Source: Podarcis pityusensis
Lineage: Eukaryota
NCBI GenBank assembly: GCA_964106645.2
Contig: OZ067043.1
Direction: 5' to 3' (one strand)
DNA length: 64,000 nucleotides
Part shown: positions 36,872 to 48,075 of the stretch, piece by piece
Layout of the letters: every line of letters begins with the position of its first letter
How positions within the stretch are numbered: position 1 is the first letter of the stretch
Notes under the pieces: model-generated
What the model was told of the DNA's origin: nothing
What the model saw: the letters and a program-made list of their open reading frames with translations, nothing else
The model's database searches: none
Translations under genes and position numbers: made by a program

Positions 36872-39688
36872 TCCATAACCTTCTATGAAACGAACAAGTT
36901 CTGTGGAAAACTACACTGGCCTTTATGAATTCACATACATCAGCAACTGGTGTGTGTCATGAGAAAATAGCTACCAAACTTATTGCACTGAGTACAGCTA
37001 AGGCTGAAAAAGTCTTAGTTGGTTGACTGTCTGGGCTCCTAAAACCACAATAAACTTACCATTTGTACCTTCACAGTTTGATATTTTTGCAGATTTGGCT
37101 CTTAAAATATGATGCTGCAGCCTAGGAATTTAAAATGAGAGTCTCAGCTCTGATCAGGGGTATCTAGCAGAAATCTGAACCAATGGTCTTTTGTTACAAA
37201 AATATTATTTTGGTTGGCTTAAGCAACATTCCAGATTTTTTCACTCCAAGTACTCACTGCAGATGCTTGACTGACATGTAATTTGCAGCAAGAATAAGGA
37301 CCTTGGGGGTACCTGAGCCTTATTTGCTCTATGGTGTTAACAAAATCAACTTCTTCTTATGGTTTTCCTTCCTACCGTTTTTCTTTGGGGGGGGGCTGTT
37401 CTGTTTGGGCAAGCAAAGTGGACTACTAAGTAAGTGAAATGTTCTCAAGATAGGACATTAAGTCCCTATTTATGCACTCTTTATTAACATGCACGCTACA
37501 GTTTCAATTCTTGACATTCTAAGAAAATTGTGGTGCTTATGTATTGAGAGAGAGAGTGTGTGTGTGTGTGTGTCTTCATACACTAGAACAGATGGGGTAT
37601 GGGTCCAAAGCAGCAATATGGCTGGGCATGTTAAATCCAGGCTCCTTTTTTAAAAAAAGAAGCATGAAGGATCCTACATTTATTTCCATTCTAAGGCAAG
37701 GGGATTTCTTTCTTGATTTTGTAATTATCCTACCAGTAAAGCCACAATTTTTCACTGTTCTCCAGGTTAGCTATGAATAGTTCGAAACTTGTTGAGGTAA
37801 ATTGGGGAAGCCAATGGGCAACTCCCATCAACCCAGCCAGCATGGTCAACCAGGAGAGATGATGGAAGTTGCAGTCCAACAAGATCTAAAGGGCACCATG
37901 CTGGCTACCCCCAATGAAATGTTGTTTCCCCCACAGCTACCCAGATTCCACTACCACTCAGGAGTCACTTGCTTTTTCATTAGCTTCCAACAAATTCTTA
38001 ACCCTAAGAATCCAAATAGAAACCCCAACCCAGCTCTCATGAAGAACAACTAGCAGCTGTGGTTAGTTGTGTGCACTGTACATCCCCATAGCAACAAAAG
38101 ATGCATCTTGCCAACTCAGGGGGCTCAGATGAACATCCAAATGACACCTGAATCCATACCTAAAATGCACGAGTTTTTCTTCTATGTACACATACATCTG
38201 CTTGTTGGATCAAGACAAAAGATGCTTAAAAGATCATTTCCTCTTAGACAGGCTATTTCATTTTGGGGCTTAGGAACAGAGGCTGCACATTTTTTTATTT
38301 ATTTTTTACAAAATGCTAACCCTAATCCTTTTCCCAACTCACAACAGTAACTTTTTATGCCTTGCAAACTCCTAGAGCTTCCAAAGACTTTCCCTAAGCT
38401 GCCCTCCCCACAAAGATACCAGAATATTGAAGAATGTTTCCTCATGGTTCACATCTTGAGAAGAGTGGAAGTCGCCTGAAAGCAATTAGGTAGAAAGCCA
38501 GTCTCTTGTCTGTTGAGTTTCCATGTCTGAGTCTCTACAGTAATGCCTCTTAAGGCAGGCTCATCCCATCCTGTTGTCGTACTTGTAACCCAGGGCAGGG
38601 AAACGTTTACAAGCCTTGAATTGTCGCTAAATAAAGGTTTCACGGAGTCTCCGGTAACTATTCCTTGCTATTCCTTGTATGTGCTTTTCAGAGATGCAGT
38701 TCCAATCTGGACCCTATTAATAAATCCTCAATGGAGCAGGCAGTAGCAGAGCTACAGTTCATTTGTTCTCTTGGGGCACAATGTGTATAGTGTTCGTTCA
38801 CAAATAAAAATGGAGAAGTCCCAGCTTCCCTTTTCAGAGCTCTTGTAACAATGCAGTGCCCTGCTGTCAGGCAATGTGTGAATAAATTGGAGAAAAAAGG
38901 TTAAAGAAACCTAAGGGAATAGCAGCCTCTTTTTCTCACTTTCATTCCTTCCACCCCCCCCCCCTACTTTTGCACTTTATTGCGGTAGGTTTTCGACAAA
39001 GGCACCCCTGTTCTCTGCACTTTTTTCCTTCTTCAGGGCTTGGTGCCAAATAACGTTATTCCCCTTCACCATGGTACTGCCATGAGAGTAGGCTGGTATG
39101 TTTGCCTGAAAATCGCAGGTTTTTCATGGAAATGGTTTTCGCTCAACAACTCCCTTTGTCAAAATAGACATGAAAAGGGAGAAGCGCTCAGATGAAATCT
39201 AATCATCAGAACTGGGAACATAGCACTGGGCAAATGCCACCGAGGAGAGCCCAAATAGCGGCTTAAGTGGGTAGTGCACAATATAGCACTCAGGGTTCAT
39301 TAAAGTACGTGTGTGATCCCTTTCGCAGGCAGTAACATTCTGAAATTTCTCACGGCCTACCTTATAACATTGCCAACATTATAAAACTATCCGATATAGA
39401 ACAAGAACTGTAAATAACTTTACAACAAGAGCCCCAAGAGCTTAATCAAAGAACTTTTGCCACATCACTGAATAAATTGGTTCAACTGATGCTGATCTGA
39501 AAGCTTCAGCAGCCCTCTCTTCCAAGACACAGAGCATCCTAAGATATACATGTGCATGTGTGTGTGAGAGAGAAAGAGACTGACAGACAGACCAACAGAT
39601 CGACAGACCAAGAGATGGATGGATGGATAGACGAGAGGTCATCTATTTCTACTTCCCCACTCCCTAGCTAAGCTTAAAAGCTGTTTTG

Positions 39689-39849
39689 CAGAGGCGGATT
39701 TAGGGGAAGTTCCAGAGAGTCTCAGGAGCACCGCAGGGGAGCCACAAGTAAGTTATTGAATGGAAGGTGAGGGGGGCGAGGACGCTGCCGCTGAATTTTA
39801 GTGTCGCACAGGGTGTCGCTGATATTTGAGACACCAAGGTCCGCTGCTG
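39689..39849. mobile_element. Degenerate hAT-like non-autonomous element
   Basis: CAGAGGCGGA…TCCGCTGCTG termini and locally raised CpG; TSD poor. Confidence 0.45.
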
Positions 39850-40186
39850 TTGCTTTACTTCAGAATATACACATGCATATTTAGTTCTCCGAGTGCAACC
39901 CAGGAAGCTAGTCCCTTTTTAAATCCTGCCAAAGTGAGCTTTTTGTCATTCTTCAATATGCTTCCTTTTTTTTTTTTAAGCCTGTCAAACTTCATAAACT
40001 GAGCAGGGGTCTCTCTCTCTCTGGCAGAAGTTCATTAGCTGCCTATGTCTTTCCATGGGTAGCTTGTAATTAAGCGTAGAATCTGCTGCCAGATTCCAAT
40101 CTTCAAAGGGAACACCAATGAACGCAGCTGCTCATAGATTCACAGGTAGATAAGTTTTGACATTTATGGAAGCAGCCTGCCCAACA

Positions 40187-40188
<2 letters not shown>

Positions 40189-40230
<42 letters not shown>
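40189..40230. repeat. (TA)n microsatellite
   Basis: Read directly. Confidence 0.95.
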
Positions 40231-40233
<3 letters not shown>

Positions 40234-40524
40234 TTCCTAGTCCTCCACAGGGATATATACTACACCATCTGAGATTTTGAGACACCCAAGCAAGCAATTT
40301 TTTTTGCTTCAGTGTGATATATCTTTGGATACGATCAATCTATGGTAAATCCCAATGAAATGACTAATCGGAAGGATGACAATTGCTACATTTGTTCTCT
40401 ATGGACTAAGAACATAAGAAAAGCCCTACTAGATCCAACTAAAGATCTGTCTAACCAAGCACCCTGATTTCCAAATGGGTCTGGAAAAGCCACTAAACCA
40501 GACATGATGGCAAAGAAATGAGAA

Positions 40525-40702
40525 GAGTCCTAGCTCAGGGGTAGACCATCTGCTTAGCCTACAAAAGGTCCCAGAAGGTTCAGTCACTGGCATCTCCAGT
40601 TAGGACTGGGAGAAGATCCCTGCCTGAAACCCTGGAAATCTGCTGCCAGTGTACACAAGACTGAGCTGGATGATCCAGTGGTATATGCAGTTTCCTTATG
40701 TT
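40525..40702 (+). mobile_element. Squam3-type tRNA-derived SINE, flanked by CR1 3' relics on the minus strand (~40407-40520 and ~40790-40920)
   Basis: tagctcaggggtagaccatctgc…aaggtcccag…ggcatctccag…cctgaaaccctgg…ctgagctggatg…cagtttccttatgtt follows the Squam3 layout as I recall it. Confidence 0.75.
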
Positions 40703-41789
40703 GGTGTGCAATAGCCCTTCCTGGCTTTTATTCTCCACCAGCTGTATTCAATGGCGCACTCCCTCTGAACATGACCAACAGCATTGATAGGCCTATCTTC
40801 TCTGGTTTTGTGTAATCCATTTTTTAAGTTACCTAAAGTTAGTGACCACTTCAATGAAATACCATATTGAAACCCTATGCTTCCAGGCTCAACCACATAG
40901 ACTTCAAGAACACAGGAAGTTGTATTATTCTCTACTTGGCTTTGTTTTCTCACAAGTTCAAACAATATTCCCCCCCCTTCCCAAACCAAACTTGTGTGTT
41001 TGTTAATCCAATTGTTTCTTTAATTCATCCTCCATTTCCCAGTGTTAATTGCACCTCCCCCACTGAGAAGGCAGATGGTCTCCCCCATCCCCAGAAGGGT
41101 TTTCAGTTTGAGGCTTCAGGCAAATTGTGACATGTGGGATACTGTGGGAATTAATTCATTATGGAGCTATGAGTTTCCGACACTGGGAAAAATATGCTTT
41201 GCAACACCAAAGCAGGACATACAAGCCTCAGAGGCGGAACAGTGATATTGGAGGATACTGCAGCTGCAAGCTGTTCTAAAGCACCAGGAATCAGCTGATA
41301 GTCGGTGGATCACAGAAAGAGCACTGATAAAGCCCTGTGGATGGTGAGACTATAACTGGGAAGGGGACACAGACACTAGTGAGGGGCTGGTTGGCAGAAT
41401 GGGCAAGAGCTGAAACACAGGACCCTCTGAAGAACATACTTGACAAATCCATCAGAAATCCCAGATTTAAGAACAGTTAAATGCTGATATGCTGAACATG
41501 TTCTTCCCCATTATAGAAAGTGGAGGGAGTGCTATATTTAGAGCTAGGTTCAAATCTCTGATCACAAACACAAGACTCCTTTGCACCTTTATATAATAGC
41601 AAGCATAGATTTCTACTGAGAGAAAGCATGATCTAAGGGCACATGATGCAGCTACCTTGCTAAAGCTAAGAAGATCTAGGTCTCATCCAATGCCTTATTT
41701 ATTTACTTACCTTACTTATTTATTTGTACTTATAGCCTGCCTTTCACAGAGTGGCTCCATAGCAGATTATAAAAATCACAGTTTAATAA

Positions 41790-42110
41790 TGATGACGATG
41801 ATAATAATTTTATATGTCGCCCATCTCACAGGGTTGCCCCAGCCACTCTGGGTGGCTCTCAACAGAATTTTAAAAACACATAAAACATCAAATATTAAAA
41901 ACTTCCCTAAACATGGCTGCTTTCAGATGTCTTCTAAAAGTCAGATTGTTGTTTATTTTCTTCACACTTGACAGGAGGGTGTTCCACAGGGTGGGCACCA
42001 CTACCAAGAAGGCCCTCTGCCTGATTCCCTGTTACCTCACTTCTTGCAATGAGGGAACCACTCTCAGAGCTGGATCTCAGTGTCTGGGCTGAATGATGGG
42101 GGTAGAAATG
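41790..42110 (-). mobile_element. L2 LINE 3' end, decayed
   Basis: ttatatgtcgcccatct…ctgggtggctctcaaca hairpin and gagggtgttccacagggtgggcaccactaccaagaaggccct, parallel to 12519-12892. Confidence 0.7.
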
Positions 42111-43598
42111 CAAAATATTATTTAAATCATAAAGCAACCCCCATGCATGATGCATACATTTGTAAATGCCTTTCTGATGCACACAGGTTTTACATTTTTA
42201 GGTGTACACACTGAACTTCTCTCTGTACATCCAAAAAGAAGTAAAGGGGTAATGTGGCTTGGGAAAGTCCCTAAAAGTGAGTTTCAACATATCATTGGCA
42301 AAACAGGAATATAAATGCCTTTCTTTAGAGGGATGTAATGAGGTTGAGTGACCCAAGACTCGTACAGCATTTTATTAATAACGTAGCATATCTACTATAT
42401 ATACACTGTGTTGATGGCCTAGAAAAATATGTACAACAGTAAATGTAGCTGTTATCGATGGAGGAATCTGAAACAAAGGATTCTGCCCTGACCTTTCCAT
42501 CTTCATAATACACAATATATGAATCCTTGAAATATTTGAGTGGGAAAGTATAAATTTCAAAGCCAAAGCCAACCCTGCACAAATCTGTCCATTATTTTTT
42601 ATGCTGTCTGAATTGTGCATTTTCTAGGAGAGTTTCCACCTAGAGGGAAGTCAAAGGATCTTCTTCCTTATCAGAGCTGATGCTCTCTGAACAAGTGTAT
42701 AGTATTTCTGCAGCTGACCTACATCAAATGCATTCTTCTGATAACCCGTATCAATCCATATGCTGCATTTACCAACCACTTCAACAGGGATCATCAACCC
42801 AATGATGAAAGAGAAATACAGCAAGGAAATCTGTTATCTGGCTTGTGAGCTGTAAGTCATGAGAACTGCGTGCTGACAGGTCACACTGCCATTGTCCTTC
42901 CGCAGTACTCCAATCAGCCTGGTTTGTGAATAGTTCCACTGCTATCTTGGAACTGGCCCAGCCTCGGAGCTAAGAGAGGCAGACTATTCTTGAAGCCTGT
43001 AAACAAAAATACCATGGGAGATAGGGAGCAAGAGAATGGACGCGTGATAACGTGTATCTCCCTACAGATTACTGTTGCTATAGACAGGACCTTGGACTCC
43101 CAGTGGAGCTGGAGGGGGTGCCATTAGATAGATCAATGGAAGCTCAGCACCGGTTAGAATGTTTGCTAGCCCTAACATTAAGCAAACCATTCAAACAATC
43201 TTGCAGATGTTCTGCAGTCAAGGAAGCGAAGAAAGAGTGCCTATGTATATAGCAGGGCAAACCACTTGCGTGGAGGTCACTACTCTTTTTTTTTTAATAA
43301 GACAGATAATTATTAAAATAGTCAAGGAAATTATCGTCTTTATTCCGTTTGTGATTTGTTATAGCCTTCCCGTCTTATGAACTTCTGTTTCTAGTAGAGG
43401 ATAAGAATGACGATCCTGACCAAAGACACTCAGTAAAACATTAAAAACTTATAGTCTTTCATGTCTGACACTCTGGTTTTGTCAGAGCGCTAAACTATAG
43501 TCCAATATTATGAGGAGCTAAATGATCTTCAGAACAGGGTGGAGAACCACAGGCCAGGGGGCTGAATGTGGCCTTTTAAGCCTCTCCAATCAGACTAA

Positions 43599-43955
43599 GG
43601 GATGCGAGTGGCGCTGTGGGTTAAACCACAGAGCCTAGGACTTGCCAATCAGAAGGTCGGCGGTTCGAATCCCCATGACGAGATGAGCTCCCGTTGCTCA
43701 GTCCCTGGTCCTGCCAACCTAGCAGTTCGAAAGCACGTCAAAGTGCAAGTAGATAAATAGGTACCGCTCCAGCGGGAAGGTAAACGGCATTTCCGTGCAC
43801 TGCTCTGGTTCACCAGAAGCGGCTTAGTCATGCTGGCCACATGACCCAGAAGCTGTACGCTGGCTCCCTTGGCCAATAAAGCGAGATGAGCGCCACAACC
43901 CTAAAGTTGGCCATGACTGGACCTAATGGTCAGGGGTCCCTTTACCTTTACCTTT
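43599..43955 (+). mobile_element. Full-length Sauria SINE with TSD
   Basis: GGGATGCGAGTGGCGCTGTGGGTTAAACC head, GGTTCGAATCCC B box and (ACCTTT)n tail; TSD AATCAGACTAA (43588-43598, 43956-43966). Confidence 0.95.
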
Positions 43956-44349
43956 AATCAGACTAAGCCATGCTGCCTGCCTCCCCAGGCTGCACCATTC
44001 GCCTGTCTTGCTCTGTTCCATCCTTGAGCGCTTTTGCCTACCTGGAATGGGTGGACGGAGAGGTATGTGGTGGCATGTTCTGAAACCTCTGACTTCTGTG
44101 TGGCTGAATGGCAGCCTATTGCACAAAGATGAAAGAGCCACATCTGTTGCTCCACCCACTTTTGCTGCCTCTGGATCCACGCACCACTGGTACGTGGCCC
44201 CTGGAAAGCTCCACACTAGGGAAAAGCAGCCCTGAGTCTGAGAAAGGTTCCTTTCCCCATCTTTAGCATCAACAGAAGCTGAAAATAAGGGGTGAGGGGA
44301 GCTAGGCCATCTCCTGATACAAAAAGATTTTAAACTGTGCACAGGGCAT

Positions 44350-44417
44350 CAGCTTCCTGCATTGCTGGGGGTTGGAATAGATGACTCTCAGGACCCGACT
44401 CTACAATTCTATGATTC
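44350..44417 (+). mobile_element. CR1-type 3' tail fragment (a similar one at ~44975-45043)
   Basis: cttcctgcattgctgggggttggaatagatgac…ctctacaattctatgatt, with the CR1 (ATTCTATG) terminus. Confidence 0.65.
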
Positions 44418-47231
44418 ACCTCTAACTGCTTTTCCAACATTAAGACAGAACAAAAATTCATATCGAGTTCGTTTTTCCTTTATCCAGTGGACTCAAAATA
44501 CACATGACTAAGTGAAATTGCACAACCTGTCAGCATCTATCCAGCAGCAAGAAGAAAAAGAAAAAGAAGCCAGTTGCTCAGCAGGGGACTTCCAAACAAT
44601 GTAACATCACTTAACAGCTTTTATCCTAGTGTAGGGGTCAGCAGTCTTTTAGAGCCCATGTGCAAACTGGAGAAGCTGTCATGGGCACTACATGCGCGCA
44701 TGCACACACATCAGTCATGCACACACTGCTATCCATTCTATTGGTTACAGTACAATGCTTCTTTTTAACCTAATTCAGCAGAGTGTGGGGACCATGTCCT
44801 GGAAGGCCTCTGCGGGTGCCCTGCACCCATGGGTGTCTCCTGTCCTAGTTGCAGCTATAGCTAGAGTGGAATATATGATGAGGTCCCAGAGAGTGAACAG
44901 CAGTGCAGTCCTGGGTTTCTAGTAAACATGTTAATTCAGGGTCCTGTTCAGGTGAAACATCTGTGAAAATGTGGGCAGGATTTTTGAACTGCTGGGGGGG
45001 TGGACTAGACGACCCTCAGAACCCCTTCCAACACTACAGTTCTAAAAGTCTTGGCAAGATGGTTGGGATCACATATGCCTGGCCCCTTTCTAACTCAGAA
45101 TGCTACACAGAATTGTGAATAAATATAAATACCTTCAGAAGCATTCAGACTGAACAAAGAACAAATCTTTACAGAACTTTAAAATTTCTGCCAAAGATAA
45201 CACTTAATATCTGTATGTTTGTTCATTTCATTCCTCAGATGCTCCAGGAGGAGGGCAGTTAAAGCTGCACATTCTAAAATAAATTAAAATCGCAGAAACA
45301 GCTTGCACTGCATGGTTTGTTGACCTCACAACACCTTCAGAGCAATACACCCTTCCGTCTTTTCTCTTTTGATTTAAATTAACATTTCCGCGTGCTTGAA
45401 AAGAAGCAAGTCTCAACCAGTCTTAAAAGGGTTTTGTTCACCATTAAGATTTGCTAAAATAAACTAGGAAGAAATAGGGAAATATGAGCCTGGCATTTTA
45501 TTGCTGGCTTTTTTTCCCCTTTTCTTTTTTTGATAGCTTGCAGTTTTCTCTGAATTGTAGTCTTGCTAATCTCTACAAGTAAAATTGTTAAGCTCATGTA
45601 ATGCCAAGTGCCATAATATGAATTTCTGGCAAATTTTGCTTATCTGGTGTCCTTCAAATGTTTTGCACTCTAAGTACCATCAACCTCAGCCATTCCCAAA
45701 CATCTGGAGGGTACCAGATACAGTAGATCAGATATATGTTATGTTGCATGCTCTACAAACCATTTTGCCATGAGTACGGAACTTTAGAATAATATAACTA
45801 CTGTATACCCAAATTAGGGATGAGGAATTTATGTTGCTGGACACAACTGCTAACACCCCAACCACTGCCCATGTTAGCTGGGGATGAGAGTCCAATAACA
45901 TCTGGAGGGCAATAGTTTCCCCATCCCTACCCAAACAAAAAATCAAAACAGAGTGGTGCTTTCCCTCCATAATCATTTATTGCAATTTAGTTACTTGCTC
46001 CTCCCCAACACAATTAAACTTCTCCCTCCCTGCTTACATCCACCGTGCTTCCAAGTTCTGCTACCTGGATTCAGGTTGAAAAGAAAGGCAAATGCATTTG
46101 CCGTGATGCAGCAGACCTTAGCCTGTCCCTCTGCAATCAACAGAATGGGGCTTAGTCAAGAGTAACCTAAAGCCAACTATTTCTGTGTAAGTTAATCATG
46201 TCTAACGTTTGCTGAAATGTGCCCAGAATGGAATGAGTCAACAAATTTTTTATAGAAAACTAGCATGTGTTTGGAAGAAGGAAGGATCTGCACCAAAAAG
46301 CAGAGAAGAGAGAAGCTAAACTGTAAAAAGAATAGAGAGGAAAACCCCTAAAGCTGATTCTGTAAGCTTTCAAACAAAACCATGCTGTTCTGAGTACTAC
46401 TTCATTGCATCTATCCAATATATTTCTGCTCCTCTCCCAGAGCTCCGGATGCCTCTTCGACCCAAAACTGCTCTTGAGCAAAGCCAAACCTCAACTTTGC
46501 CACTGAAAAGCTTCTTTGTTTGCCATCTCTTTCCAATTCAGCATATCCTGTGACTGAACCCTGCAGTACAGTATAATACTCACAGGCCTTGGCAGCTGGA
46601 GAGTCTGCTAGCAGGTCTATGGTTCCCATAATAGCTTTCCAAACTTCAGTGCCGGAGTATATTTACTATTAAGGAACTCTTTCCGGTGAGAGGCGGGGGA
46701 CAGGGTGTGCAGGCAGGGAGAACAGAAAATTTAACAGAGTAGGAAGAAAGAGACAATATTACAGAACGACTTCAAAAACTTTTATCCTTAATTACTACCA
46801 GAGAACTAAAGGCATTTTCACCCCAGGTTAAATGATAAGAGGTAATCAGCCTCTAGCAGCATCTGTTGAAGATGCAACATAAAGATGGAAATAGTTTGTT
46901 TTGTTTCTTTAAAGATGCCACGTTGGGTAGCAACCATATGTTTGGCCCAAGGTCTTTGTACTGAAGTCCTTTGCTTTCCTTTTTTTTTCTGAAGTAATTT
47001 TCAAGTCCTTATCATTTCTTGCAAACCTGATAAATACATGCTTTAGGGTTTGAAATCCAAACAACACACAGTTCAAATTTCCCATGAGTTACTAAAGTTG
47101 TCATTTCTAAATGGTCTTTTGCATTACTGGGTTTGACTATCACAGAGTGAGTGCAGGCCAAGACATGGTCACAAACGTGAAATGTCATCTTCTTTTATAG
47201 GAAACTAAATATGAGGATTAATTAAGGTCAA

Positions 47232-47720
47232 CTAGCAGAGACATCACCTTGCCAACAAAGGTCCGTATAGTTAAAGCTATGGTTTTTCCAGTAGTGATGT
47301 ATGGAAGTGAGAGATGGACCATAAAGAAGGCTGATTGCCAAAGAATAGATGCTTTTGAATTATGTTGCTGGAGGAGACTCTTGAGAGTCCCATGGACTGC
47401 AAGAAGATCAAACCTATCCATTCTGAAGGAAATCAGCCCTGAGTGCTCACTGGAAGGACAGATCGCGAAGCTGAGGCTCCAATACTTTGGCCACCTCATG
47501 AGAAGAAAAGACTCCCTGGAAAAGACCCTGATGTTGGGAAAGATGGAGGGCACAAGGAGAAGGGGACAACAGAGGACGAGATGGTTGGACAGTGTTCTTG
47601 AAGCTACCAGCATGAGTTTGATCAAACTGTGGGAGGCAGTGGAAGACAGGAGTGCCTGGCGTGCTCTGGTCCAGGGGGTCACAAAGAGTCGGACATGACT
47701 AAACGACTAAACAACAACAA
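47232..47720 (+). mobile_element. BovB (RTE clade) LINE, 5'-truncated: C-terminal ORF plus (CAA)n tail
   Basis: ORF 47249..47698 (PTKVRIVKAMVFPVVMYGSERWTIKKA…RIDAFELCCWRRLLRVPWTARRSN…) is the canonical BovB C-terminus; tail gactaaacgactaaacaacaacaa. Confidence 0.96.
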
Positions 47721-47772
47721 TGAAAAGCTCAACATATGCTTTCAGCTTGGAACTCTGCTGAATTACTCTTCA

Positions 47773-48075
47773 AAGTGTGTACCTGGACTCACATGTGTGC
47801 AGCTAGCACTCATGTATGTTCATATACTGAGAGAGCTTTAGGATCTTTTGCTGGAGTAATGACATGTGCTTGTTATGCCCACAGGAAGCTCTCACACAGA
47901 GGAATAAGGAAAGCTTGGTTTATTATATGAAATAGGAGTGACAGAATATATTAAAATGCTGCTTCAGACAGCAAAGTTGCAATCTAAGCAGGCAGCAAAT
48001 TCTACAATACACAACAGCATGTATATGAACATACACGAGTGCCGGATGCTCACATGTGAGTCCAGGTACACACTT
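47773..48075. repeat. Imperfect 55-bp inverted repeat (47773-47827 / 48021-48075), ~190-bp spacer
   Basis: aagtgtgtacctggactcacatgtg…tgtatgttcatatac versus its reverse complement; mismatches confined to the middle of the arms. Confidence 0.9.

Noticed and set aside
47218-47682. 154-aa minus-strand ORF
   Set aside because: Antisense shadow of the BovB ORF.
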